A DNA stretch of 64,000 nt, taken from positions 68,179 through 132,178 of the forward strand of contig JAUYKW010000025.1 in the NCBI GenBank assembly GCA_030698395.1, given 5' to 3'. The translations under genes were made by a program, and so were the position numbers. The first letter of the stretch is position 1. Each line of letters begins with the position of its first letter. Under the pieces are notes generated by a model that saw only the letters and a list, made by a program, of their open reading frames with translations, searched no databases and had not been told where the DNA came from. This DNA comes from a bacterium (GTDB lineage: Bacteria; Patescibacteriota; Patescibacteriia; UBA9570). Below, one piece after another: positions 10,965 through 19,852 of the stretch.

Positions 10965-11263
10965 ATTTATTGTTTGTTATTAATTTATTTATTGAAAATA
11001 TAATTTAAGTTTTTCGAAAAAAATAAGCAGTATTCAATGAAATACTACTTATAGACTTCTGCTGGAGTATAAATACGAATAGGCCTTCTGTCAAGTTATT
11101 TTTCCACCTTTTGTTACCAATTCAATTCTTATCAAATTCCTATTATTTTCTTTGAATAAAACTCCTAATACTACGCCTATTGCGAAATATTAAGCCTAAT
11201 CCGATAAATCCTAATAAATACCAACCCATCATGAACTAATACTAGTCCTGCATCTTCTGAAAG

Positions 11264-11629
11264 TCAAAGATCTATATTGTTAATACATCTCAATAATGCC
11301 CTTCCACTTTGTTTATCCATCAAAATACTTATCACGCCTACAGATAAAGCTCGATATTTTGTAATTTTATTAAAACTAAGAAAAACAATTGCTGAACGTT
11401 TAATCCTTTTTACTTTTTGCAAAGAAACTGCTTCCACCGGCTTTCCATGATACGTACTATTCCTTGCTTTTACTTCAAAAAAATAATATACCTCTTGTTT
11501 AAAAGCAATAATATCAATTTCTCCCTGCCGGATTAGAAAATTCCGCTTTACTATTTTATAACCATTTTTCTTTAAATACTTTACTGCAATATTTTCACCG
11601 GTTTTTCCAACTAATTTTTTCTGATTCAT
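11264..11629 (-). CDS. yraN: YraN family endonuclease (UPF0102)
   Basis: GEIDIIAF...EVK motif of the YraN/UPF0102 restriction-endonuclease-like fold. Confidence 0.7.
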   Translation of the reverse strand: MNQKKLVGKTGENIAVKYLKKNGYKIVKRNFLIRQGEIDIIAFKQEVYYFFEVKARNSTYHGKPVEAVSLQKVKRIKRSAIVFLSFNKITKYRALSVGVISILMDKQSGRALLRCINNIDL

Positions 11630-11635
11630 AACAGA

Positions 11636-11664
11636 TTCCTAAAAAATAAAACGCCCATTAAGTG
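11636..11664 (-). terminator. putative intrinsic terminator after methyltransferase gene
   Basis: On minus-strand RNA GGCGUCCACUUAAUGGGCGUUUU forms a stem-loop followed by a U-run. Confidence 0.4.
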
Positions 11665-11695
11665 GACGCCTTTTGTTTAAAATTGTGTTTCTTTT

Positions 11696-12283
11696 TTACT
11701 TTACGAAAATCAAACCCCAATGATATTGTCCGGCATCAAATTCTTCAATTAACTGCATCGACAATTCAGTTGCGTATCCTTTTATTTCTTCTGGATGAAC
11801 TCGCACTGCTTCTTCTGGGCCAAATGGAGCGCTAACACCTGGTTTCCAATCTACAACTGCTAATCGCGCACCTGGTTTCATCATCCGATATGTTTCTTGC
11901 ATTATCTTCATGCGTTGCTTTGATTGAAACAATGTTGTTACTAAAAACGCCACATCTAATGCATTGTCAGTTATCGCTCTAGTAGCTCCATAGATTTCTA
12001 AATTGCTCCAAACAGTTTGAACATTATTAATACCATGAACTTTAGCCTTCGTTGCAATTGTAGGCAAAATAGATTTTACAACATCAACTGCATAAGCTAT
12101 ACCATGCTCACCAACAATTCTTCCAGCGGAAAGAGCCATTCTACCCTCTCTACCAGTTCCTAAATCAGCAATGATATCCCCAGGTTTTACACCTGCTTTT
12201 TTAATAACTCCTGGCGCATCAATTATAATTGTATTATATGGCATATCACATATATTATATACCAAAGCGTTGAATCGGAGCAA
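11696..12283 (-). CDS. class I SAM-dependent methyltransferase (specificity unknown)
   Basis: Gly-rich SAM-binding motif DIIADLGTGREG followed by Rossmann-like beta strands; true start may be the internal MPYNTIIIDAPGV because the 5' end overlaps rnhB. Confidence 0.55.
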   Translation of the reverse strand: MLRFNALVYNICDMPYNTIIIDAPGVIKKAGVKPGDIIADLGTGREGRMALSAGRIVGEHGIAYAVDVVKSILPTIATKAKVHGINNVQTVWSNLEIYGATRAITDNALDVAFLVTTLFQSKQRMKIMQETYRMMKPGARLAVVDWKPGVSAPFGPEEAVRVHPEEIKGYATELSMQLIEEFDAGQYHWGLIFVK

Positions 12284-12851
12284 ACGACTTGCGATGTATC
12301 AAGTGGGGTTTGTAAATTTCTAATTGTTGTTCATGATATTTAGTTCCATAACCCTTATGCTTAGCGAATACAAATCTACCATCAAACATATCAAATCGTC
12401 GCATTAAACGATCGCGGACAACTTTGGCTATAATAGAAGCTGCACCAATGTTATAGCTTTTTGCATCTCCACCTATTACCTGTTCAGTTGGCACGAAATG
12501 TTCAATTTTAAAACCATCCACTAAAACGATATCTGGTACAACATCCAAATGAGTAATTGCATACGATAAAGCTAACTTATTTGCTTCATGAACACCAAGT
12601 GTATCAATCTCATTTTGATTTACACTCACCACTGCCCAACAGAGAGCTTGTTTGGTAATTAGTGGAAATAACTGTTCCCGCTTTCTTTCTGATATTTTCT
12701 TTGAATCTGTTATTCCAGATACTATTTTATTGGGCATAATAACTGCAGCGGCAACCAATGGACCAGCCCAAGCCCCTCTACCAGCTTCATCAACACCTGC
12801 AATCACTTTAAAACCATCTCTTTTAAACTTATTATCAATATTTATACCCAT
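12255..12851 (-). CDS. rnhB: ribonuclease HII
   Basis: AGVDEAGRGAWAGPLVAAAV catalytic N-terminus typical of RNase HII. Confidence 0.85.
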   Translation of the reverse strand: MGINIDNKFKRDGFKVIAGVDEAGRGAWAGPLVAAAVIMPNKIVSGITDSKKISERKREQLFPLITKQALCWAVVSVNQNEIDTLGVHEANKLALSYAITHLDVVPDIVLVDGFKIEHFVPTEQVIGGDAKSYNIGAASIIAKVVRDRLMRRFDMFDGRFVFAKHKGYGTKYHEQQLEIYKPHLIHRKSFAPIQRFGI

Positions 12852-12978
12852 ACTTGTATAATATAGTATTTTCTGGCATAATCCTATCCTGTGGAAATGT
12901 ACTTGCCAAAAGAAAATGGTATGATAAAGTATGATATTCTCTCAAATTACTAACATGGTATAATCCTAATCACAAAAA

Positions 12979-13815
12979 ATGACTAAACATATAGGAAAAG
13001 AACGACTCACGATTACAATGCGCAAGGATGTGCTGGCTTCTTTAGATAAATTCATTGATGGAAAAAAAATTCGTAATCGCTCGCATGCAATAGAATATAT
13101 TGTAGGACACTATCTTGGCGCAGGAATTGATACTTGTGTTATTTTAGCAGCTGGCAAAGAAGAACAAAGCACTAGTCCTCTTCTCAGAATTCAAAATAGA
13201 CCAGTAATTGCTTACACCATCGAATTACTCAGACAAGCCGGGATTCACAAAATTATATTAGTAACGAGCGGTGGCCGACAAGATCTCCAAAAATATCTTG
13301 GCGATGGATCACAGTGGAAAATAAATATTACTTATATTGAAGACTATAAAGGAACTGGCACAGCTCATTCACTTCATCTAGCAAAAGATTATATCAAAGA
13401 CACATTCATTCTTATGTATGGTGATATCTTGATAGATATTGACATTCAAGAAATAGTTAAATTTCACAAAGAACAAGATGATGTAATAAGCACAATGGCT
13501 GTAACTGGTTGTTCAAATATGTCTTTATATGGAGTAACTGAATTACAAGGCAGTAGAGTTTATCGAATCATAGAAAAGCCACAAGCCCACACAAAGAGTA
13601 ATCTAGTATATTCAGGCATGTCTGTGTGCGAGCCATCTTTATTAGACTATCTTGATATAAAAAATAAAAATTACATTACTCGCGATGTAATGCCAGATTT
13701 AGCTCATCGTGGCCAAGTTGCTGGTTATCCATTTACTGGGAAATGGTTTGATATTTCTCATCCAGAAGAGTATGAACTTGCACAGCAACAGTGGGCACAA
13801 ACCATGACGGACTAG
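12979..13815 (+). CDS. sugar-phosphate nucleotidyltransferase with N-terminal ribbon-helix-helix (CopG-like) domain
   Basis: Residues ~5-45 (ERLTITMRKDVLASLDKFI...RNRSHAIEYIV) fit the RHH beta-alpha-alpha pattern; remainder has the NTP_transferase motifs CVILAAGKEEQ...RP, LVTSGG, YGDILID. Confidence 0.65.
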   Translation: MTKHIGKERLTITMRKDVLASLDKFIDGKKIRNRSHAIEYIVGHYLGAGIDTCVILAAGKEEQSTSPLLRIQNRPVIAYTIELLRQAGIHKIILVTSGGRQDLQKYLGDGSQWKINITYIEDYKGTGTAHSLHLAKDYIKDTFILMYGDILIDIDIQEIVKFHKEQDDVISTMAVTGCSNMSLYGVTELQGSRVYRIIEKPQAHTKSNLVYSGMSVCEPSLLDYLDIKNKNYITRDVMPDLAHRGQVAGYPFTGKWFDISHPEEYELAQQQWAQTMTD

Positions 13816-13840
13816 TTAGGAGGGGGTCTGTCTTTTTTAG
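13813..13840 (+). terminator. putative intrinsic terminator of the nucleotidyltransferase gene
   Basis: GACGGAC..GTCTGTC imperfect stem followed by TTTTTT; marks the end of native low-GC sequence before the high-GC island. Confidence 0.35.
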
Positions 13841-14149
13841 TTGTCGGTATTTGGAACCAATATGGTTCTAAACATTGGCACACTAAAGTATTCCAACTGC
13901 AGTGTGTTCGCTCATTTTTTTTCTCATCAACATTCCCTCGCTAAGTTACAATCGTTACTGGCGAATAATCTGCTGTGCTTTGGAGGAAGTACAAGTACGT
14001 TACGACGTTTAAAAGATCCCCCCCCACACACAAAGCTTCAAACTCCCTTGGATAAGGAGTTGTTGACCTACCTCTCGGCTGATCCGGCCGCATGACATCA
14101 ATCGACGGAGACGAAATTGTCTGATCACTCAAACCCTCAGGAGGTTAAC

Positions 14150-15724
14150 ATGCCTGGAACCAAACCCGGTGCGAACACGCATCGGATCGAACCTGTCGAC
14201 ATGGACGGCGACCAGCTGTACGCCCATGCTGGCTTCCACGGACGCACTGCGGACGAGCTGCGACCCAAGCCCACGGAGAGCACCTGGACGCTTCCCAAGA
14301 GCGGACAGATCATCGCTGCTTGCGAGCCGGCTCTGCGCCTGCTCCGCCCGCTGGTGGACTACGCCAAGACCGAAGCCGCCGGCAACAAGCACGACCTGAC
14401 GCTCCTTCCGCTCGCTGTTGGCGAGTACGAAGGCCTGCCGCCCGAGATGGTGTACGGTCGCGCTAGTCGCGATATCCGCCATCACGAGCACTACACGCGC
14501 AACAGCCGGGGAGATGACCGTCTGCTGAAGTCCCACGCCCAGTGGCTGACCTACATGACCGGTGTCGACTACAGTCCCGAGGATATCCTGATCACCACCG
14601 GCGGCATTGGTGCTTGCCAGATCGTGATTCAGTTCCTCACCGATCCCGGCGACGAGATCTGCTTCGTCGAGCCCTCGTGGCCCAACTCCAAGGTGCTGGC
14701 CAAGTCCTACGGTCGCAAGGTGAGTACCCTTGTTCTGTCCCCCGAGGACAACTTCGGCCTGCCGCAGACAAGCCAGGAGTGGGAGGAGCGCGTGCCCAAG
14801 ACCGCCAAGGTCCTGTGGCTCGAGATGCCCTCCAACCCTTCCGGCTTCGGCTGGCGGAGTATGCAAGAGCGCGAAGTGGTAGCCGAGTTCGTGGCCAAGC
14901 GTGGTATCCTGCTGTTCGTGGACGAGGAGTATCGCCTCCTCTACGCTGATCAGCGCCCCAAGACGATCCTGAGCCTCGGCGCCCCGAACGTGATCGCTTC
15001 GTCGGCCTGGGACAAGACCCTGTGCATGACGAGCGCCCGCCTGGGCAGTCTCGAGACCGCCGATCCGAACATCCAGCGCCTCCTCCAGCCCCTCGGCAAC
15101 ACGCTGTTGTCCGCACCGAACTTCATGCGGCTCCAGCAGCACATCGCCGCGATCATGTACGACAAGACGACCTTCGGTGCCCTGGCCTACGTCGAAGGCC
15201 TCGCTGCCGAGATCGAAACCAACCGTGTCCTGACGGCCAAGGTGCTCAATGGCAGCATCGGCATCCACATGAAGGGCAATGCAGGATTCTACGATCCGTG
15301 GATCTTGCCGGAGCTCCGCTCGGGTGGCGCCATGCAGGCCCTCATGTTCAGCCTGGTGCAGCTCGCCCAGGACGAACGCGATGGCAAGCAGAGCGAGATC
15401 ACCGTGTTCTCCAACGCCGTGCCATGGGCCGGCTTCTACACCGACAAGACCGCGGCTCCCGAAGGATACCGGATCACGCTCGGGAGGTCCAAGGATCAGG
15501 GCCTCGCAACGGCGCTTCACGCCTTGCATGCGCAAGTCAGCCGATACATCCACGCGGGCCAGCCCTACATGGGTACGCCCAAGGAGGTGGTGACGCGCTT
15601 CCTGGCTGGCGAAAAGATCGAGCCCGGTGCATGGCCCGGAGAGAAGCGCTTCCACGCCGTCGGTGGACAGAGCGAGAGCGAGAGCGGGCAGGGCACGACC
15701 GTCCCCAAGGTCGAGGCCAGCTAG
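14150..15724 (+). CDS. class I (fold-type I) PLP-dependent aminotransferase-like protein, about 65% GC, compositionally foreign
   Basis: Strong RBS AGGAGG 6 nt before ATG 14150 (the listed ORF begins at an upstream TTG); aminotransferase motifs in order: ITTGGIGACQ...DPGDEI, NPSG, VDEEY, S-x-x-DK-(8)-R-LG (SAWDKTLCMTSARLG); N- and C-terminal extensions of unknown function; GC3 near saturation in contrast to the flanking about 35% GC genome. Confidence 0.7.
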   Translation: MPGTKPGANTHRIEPVDMDGDQLYAHAGFHGRTADELRPKPTESTWTLPKSGQIIAACEPALRLLRPLVDYAKTEAAGNKHDLTLLPLAVGEYEGLPPEMVYGRASRDIRHHEHYTRNSRGDDRLLKSHAQWLTYMTGVDYSPEDILITTGGIGACQIVIQFLTDPGDEICFVEPSWPNSKVLAKSYGRKVSTLVLSPEDNFGLPQTSQEWEERVPKTAKVLWLEMPSNPSGFGWRSMQEREVVAEFVAKRGILLFVDEEYRLLYADQRPKTILSLGAPNVIASSAWDKTLCMTSARLGSLETADPNIQRLLQPLGNTLLSAPNFMRLQQHIAAIMYDKTTFGALAYVEGLAAEIETNRVLTAKVLNGSIGIHMKGNAGFYDPWILPELRSGGAMQALMFSLVQLAQDERDGKQSEITVFSNAVPWAGFYTDKTAAPEGYRITLGRSKDQGLATALHALHAQVSRYIHAGQPYMGTPKEVVTRFLAGEKIEPGAWPGEKRFHAVGGQSESESGQGTTVPKVEAS

Positions 15725-15871
15725 CAGCAGCTAGCAACATGATGAGAAGAACTGCGCGGATTCCGCAGTAACATTTCCCTTTCCTAGGAGGAAACGGTTA
15801 GTAGATGAATCCACTACTAACCACCCCCCTGTGCGTTTCAAAAAATGGAACATACAGGAAGGTATATAAAC

Positions 15872-15909
15872 AAAAGTAGGTACATACCATGGCATGTACC
15901 TACTTTTTT
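15872..15909. terminator. bidirectional intrinsic terminator hairpin (AAAAGTAGGTACAT..ATGTACCTACTTTTTT)
   Basis: 10-bp stem with 8-nt loop, A-run/T-run flanks; between the high-GC gene and gdhA; same stem sequence as 6081..6119. Confidence 0.55.
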
Positions 15910-15924
15910 GTTAATTGCTAAATT

Positions 15925-17166
15925 CTACGCAATGCCTCTTGCAAGCATGGCTTCCTCAATTCGCTTGGCAGCAACAATATAAGCTGCCGTTCTCATGTCG
16001 CAACCATATCTATCCATGGTATCCCATACGGAATTAAATGAACTTACCATAATTGGTTCTAACTTCTGCAACACTTCTTTTTCTGTCCAATAATAATTGT
16101 AAGAATTTTGAACTTGCTCAAAGTAAGAAACTGTAACTCCACCGGCATTCGCAAGAATATCTGGCACAACTACAATACCCTTTCTAAATAATTTTTCATC
16201 TGCTTCTGGAGTGGTTGGTCCATTTGCCAATTCTACAATTGCACGTACTTTAATTTTACCTGCATTTTCTTTAGTAATTACATTTTCTAATGCAGCTGGA
16301 ACTAAAATATCACACTTCGTTGTTAAAATTTGTTCATTAGTAATATTCTTTGCTCCTGGAAAATCTGATACAGAACCAGTTTCTTGCTTATGCTTTTCAA
16401 TCTCAACTGGATCTAACCCTTTTTCATTTACAACACCGCCACGTGAATCTGATACAGCAATAACTTTATAACCTTTCTTAGTTAAAATTTTTGCCATATA
16501 AGCTCCAGCATTTCCGTAGCCTTGAATTGCAACTGTAGCTCCTTTTTTTAACTTTAGTTGCTTTGCTAATTCTAAAGTTACATACACACCACCCTGAGCT
16601 GTGGAATAACCTCTTCCTTCAGATCCACCAATACTTAATGGTTTGCCAGTAATCATTCCTGGAGCATGTTTAGCATGAATCTGTTCATATTCATCCATCA
16701 TCCAAGCCATGATCTGTGGAGTTGTATATACATCAGGTGCTGGAATATCTTTTTCTGGTCCAACATCATTCGCTAATCTACGCATAAATCCACGAGCTAG
16801 CTTTTCTAATTCAGTTTCAGATAATTTTTTTGGATCAACCTTAATTCCACCTTTACCTCCACCTAAAGGAATTCCAACTACTGCACATTTAAATGTCATC
16901 CAAAAAGATAATGCCTTTACCTCATGAATATCTGTTGCTGGATGAAATCTTATGCCTCCTTTATATGGTCCTCGTGAATCATCATATTGCACACGATATC
17001 CCTCAAAAACCTTCACCGATCCATCATCCATCCGAACTGGGATAGAAATATGAATTTCTCGCTTAGGAAATTGTAATCTTTCATGAACTGCAGGATCTAG
17101 CTCCATTAATTCGGCAGCTTTATTTAATTGTTGCAATCCTGATTTAAATGGGTTTACTTTAGCCAT
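15925..17166 (-). CDS. gdhA: NAD(P)-specific glutamate dehydrogenase
   Basis: KGGIRFHP, catalytic GGGKGG, dinucleotide-binding GYGNAGAY. Confidence 0.9.
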   Translation of the reverse strand: MAKVNPFKSGLQQLNKAAELMELDPAVHERLQFPKREIHISIPVRMDDGSVKVFEGYRVQYDDSRGPYKGGIRFHPATDIHEVKALSFWMTFKCAVVGIPLGGGKGGIKVDPKKLSETELEKLARGFMRRLANDVGPEKDIPAPDVYTTPQIMAWMMDEYEQIHAKHAPGMITGKPLSIGGSEGRGYSTAQGGVYVTLELAKQLKLKKGATVAIQGYGNAGAYMAKILTKKGYKVIAVSDSRGGVVNEKGLDPVEIEKHKQETGSVSDFPGAKNITNEQILTTKCDILVPAALENVITKENAGKIKVRAIVELANGPTTPEADEKLFRKGIVVVPDILANAGGVTVSYFEQVQNSYNYYWTEKEVLQKLEPIMVSSFNSVWDTMDRYGCDMRTAAYIVAAKRIEEAMLARGIA

Positions 17167-17206
17167 ATCTATTATTAGTTATTAATCAAGTGACCTTATT
17201 ATATAG

Positions 17207-18403
17207 TTACCCTTTATACTGTTCAAGGGCTAATCCTATTAACTCCAAAGAACGCTTTAAATCCTTCTCTTTTAGCATGAATGCCAATCTAACCTCCTGC
17301 TTACCCATACCTTTGCTAGCATAAAAACCGGCAGCTGGCGCAAGTAGTACTGTTTCATTTTTATCCTGAAATTTCTTTATCATCCATTCGGCAAAGATGT
17401 CTGCATCCTTCACAGGAAGACCAATCACAATATAGAATGCTCCCTCTGGTTTTGAAAAAGTTATACCTTTAATTTTCTTTAGCCCTTCATACACAACATC
17501 TCTTCGTTTCGCAAACTCCTTCACGAGCGGAGCTGTATATTTTTTTGGATTCTTTAGCATTGGTAACATCGCTTGCTGTTCAATGCTAGCAACAGACAAG
17601 CGTGCCATGCCCATTTTCAAAGACGCGGCAATGACATCTTTATTTTTACTCGCAATCACACCAATTCTAGCTCCACAAATATTAAACCTCTTCGATGCAC
17701 TATCCAAAACAATTGCTTGATTACGAATTTCTGGAAAATTCATGATTGAATAATGTTTGCTTTCAAAAGAAAACTCTCGATACACTTCATCCGATAATAC
17801 AAACAAATTATATTGTTTTGCAATCTTTACTAATCTGGTTAACTCTTGTTTTGTAAAAATTGTACCTGTAGGATTAGATGGATTGCAAATCAAAATTGCT
17901 TTTGTACGTTTGGTAATCTTACTTTTAATTTCAGCATCTGATGGTAAATGAAATCCATTATCAATACTTAACGTAACTGGTTTTAACTTCACGGTAGCTA
18001 AGGACGCAAATCCATTATAGTTTGTATAAAATGGTTCAAATACTAACACCTCGTCATTTGGATCACATACTGCCTGCATCGCAAAGATAATTGCTTCGGA
18101 TCCACCAGTGGTAACTACAATATCTTCCGATTTAAAATCAATATTATTTCTTTTGAAATATATAGACCAAGCATCCAAAGTGCTTTCCAAGCCATTTGAT
18201 GGTGCGTATGCAACTGTATCGGGTTTATAAGCCCGAACTGCCTTAAGAAAGTCTGGATGTGTTGGCAAATCTGGTTGACCAATGTTTAAGTGATAAACTT
18301 TTACACCTTTCTTTTTACGGTCCTCTGCTGCTGAAGCTAATTTTCTTAATGGCGAGGCCTGCATGTTTCCTGCTCTCTGCGATATTGGTGGTACTTTTTT
18401 CAT
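17207..18403 (-). CDS. class I/II pyridoxal-phosphate aminotransferase (aspartate/aromatic aminotransferase-like)
   Basis: NPSNPTG, SDEVY, SASKRFNICGARIG motifs. Confidence 0.8.
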   Translation of the reverse strand: MKKVPPISQRAGNMQASPLRKLASAAEDRKKKGVKVYHLNIGQPDLPTHPDFLKAVRAYKPDTVAYAPSNGLESTLDAWSIYFKRNNIDFKSEDIVVTTGGSEAIIFAMQAVCDPNDEVLVFEPFYTNYNGFASLATVKLKPVTLSIDNGFHLPSDAEIKSKITKRTKAILICNPSNPTGTIFTKQELTRLVKIAKQYNLFVLSDEVYREFSFESKHYSIMNFPEIRNQAIVLDSASKRFNICGARIGVIASKNKDVIAASLKMGMARLSVASIEQQAMLPMLKNPKKYTAPLVKEFAKRRDVVYEGLKKIKGITFSKPEGAFYIVIGLPVKDADIFAEWMIKKFQDKNETVLLAPAAGFYASKGMGKQEVRLAFMLKEKDLKRSLELIGLALEQYKG

Positions 18404-18431
18404 GCTTTCTGTTTGATTATTTAACTAAGAA

Positions 18432-19427
18432 TTAAGTTCTAATAAAATGATTATCATTACTTACTTTCCAATCCTGATCTATTTTTACTTCTTTACCATC
18501 AAGCTCCATTAAATATGTATAGCACTCCAGTGCAGCTTTGCAACCTTCCCCAGCCGATACTATTACTTGTTTATATTTCGATGTTGTTACATCACCAGCA
18601 GCAAAGACACCCACAGATGAAGTATGGCAAGTTTCATCCACAATAATTTCATTCTTTTTATTGAGCTCTACAATATTAGAAACAAATTTTACGGCAGACA
18701 TGAAGCCGGCATTAATAAAAACTGCATCCACTTCCAATTCTCTTGTTACATCGCTTTCTCCTTTTTGAGTAATAGTTATTTTTTGAACTTTGTCACTACC
18801 AATAATTTCCGCAACTTGAGCGTTTAAAACTTGCTCCACATTTGAAGATTCTTGCATAGATTTTACAAGCACTTCTTCAGCTCTAAAAGTATCACGACGA
18901 TGTATTAAAAAAACTTTTTTTGCAACTGAACCTAGTTCAATTGAAGTTTCTAATGCAGAATTACCACCTCCAACAACTGCTACATTCTTATTCTTCATTA
19001 AGTCTCGAACTCCAGCTGTTGAATGATAAACTCCCTTTCCAGATAATTGTTCTTCTCCAGGTACATTCAAGTTACGGGGAGTTAAACCAAATGCTAGTAC
19101 AATTGAACGACTAACCATAGTTTCGTTATTATATGTTGTTTCAAAATTACCATCAGACAATTTAGTAATTCCTTTAACTTCACCTAAAACAAATTCAGCA
19201 CCCTGATCTACAGCTTGCTGTTTGAATCTCTGCATTAGCTCTGCGCCATCTACCGCTCCTACTCCTGGATAATTTTCAATCACAGACGTACTTGCCGCTT
19301 GTCCACCAACGTCCTTGCTTATAATTACTGTGCTCAAAGAACGACGTGCACAATATAGCGCCGCACTTAAACCTGCTGGTCCACCACCAACTATAACAAC
19401 ATCATACATAATAGAATGTGATGTCAA
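18432..19427 (-). CDS. thioredoxin-reductase-like FAD/NAD(P)-binding flavoprotein lacking the CxxC redox centre
   Basis: VVIVGGGPAGLSAA and VAVVGGGNSALE dinucleotide motifs and TrxB architecture, but the position of CATCDG reads HSTAGVRD (no cysteines); translationally adjacent to trxA. Confidence 0.7.
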   Translation of the reverse strand: MTSHSIMYDVVIVGGGPAGLSAALYCARRSLSTVIISKDVGGQAASTSVIENYPGVGAVDGAELMQRFKQQAVDQGAEFVLGEVKGITKLSDGNFETTYNNETMVSRSIVLAFGLTPRNLNVPGEEQLSGKGVYHSTAGVRDLMKNKNVAVVGGGNSALETSIELGSVAKKVFLIHRRDTFRAEEVLVKSMQESSNVEQVLNAQVAEIIGSDKVQKITITQKGESDVTRELEVDAVFINAGFMSAVKFVSNIVELNKKNEIIVDETCHTSSVGVFAAGDVTTSKYKQVIVSAGEGCKAALECYTYLMELDGKEVKIDQDWKVSNDNHFIRT

Positions 19428-19751
19428 TTATGCCATGGACTCATCCAAGGCTGCTTTGAGATCTTCCTTTGATTGTACACCAACCATTTGCTTCACTGGT
19501 TCACCGTCCTTAAAAACAATCAATGTAGGAACGCTCATAATTTGATATTGACCAGGAGTCTGCTCATTTGCATCCACCTCTAACTTTGCAATTTTTACAC
19601 CTTTATCTTTATACTCCTCAGCTACCTCTTCAACGATAGGTGATAACATTTTGCATGGTCCACACCAACTTGCCCAAAAATCAACCAGCACAGGAACATC
19701 AGATTCTAATACCTCTTTTTTAAAATTGTCATCTGTTAACTCTAATACCAT
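19428..19751 (-). CDS. trxA: thioredoxin
   Basis: WASWCGPCK active site, about 107 aa. Confidence 0.85.
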   Translation of the reverse strand: MVLELTDDNFKKEVLESDVPVLVDFWASWCGPCKMLSPIVEEVAEEYKDKGVKIAKLEVDANEQTPGQYQIMSVPTLIVFKDGEPVKQMVGVQSKEDLKAALDESMA

Positions 19752-19852
19752 AATATATAATAATATGAATTAATTACCCCTTAGAGATGGCTAACCACGT
19801 ACCTTTCAGTACGTGGTATTGAACGCCACAATGGTAAATCTATGTTAGCACT

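Noticed and set aside
13820-13826. TAGGAGG at both island edges (13820 and 15789) as a possible target-site duplication
   Set aside because: 7-nt match that coincides with Shine-Dalgarno-like sequence, likely by chance; the left copy lies inside the native terminator region.
14718-14745. GTGAGT (canonical eukaryotic 5' splice donor) inside the high-GC gene
   Set aside because: The reading frame continues uninterrupted through it and aminotransferase motifs stay in frame; no evidence for an intron.
14129-15655. 508-aa ORF on the minus strand (and several 60-250 aa ORFs on both strands) inside the high-GC island
   Set aside because: High GC content suppresses stop codons in all frames. These overlap the well-supported plus-strand aminotransferase ORF and have no RBS or recognisable motifs.
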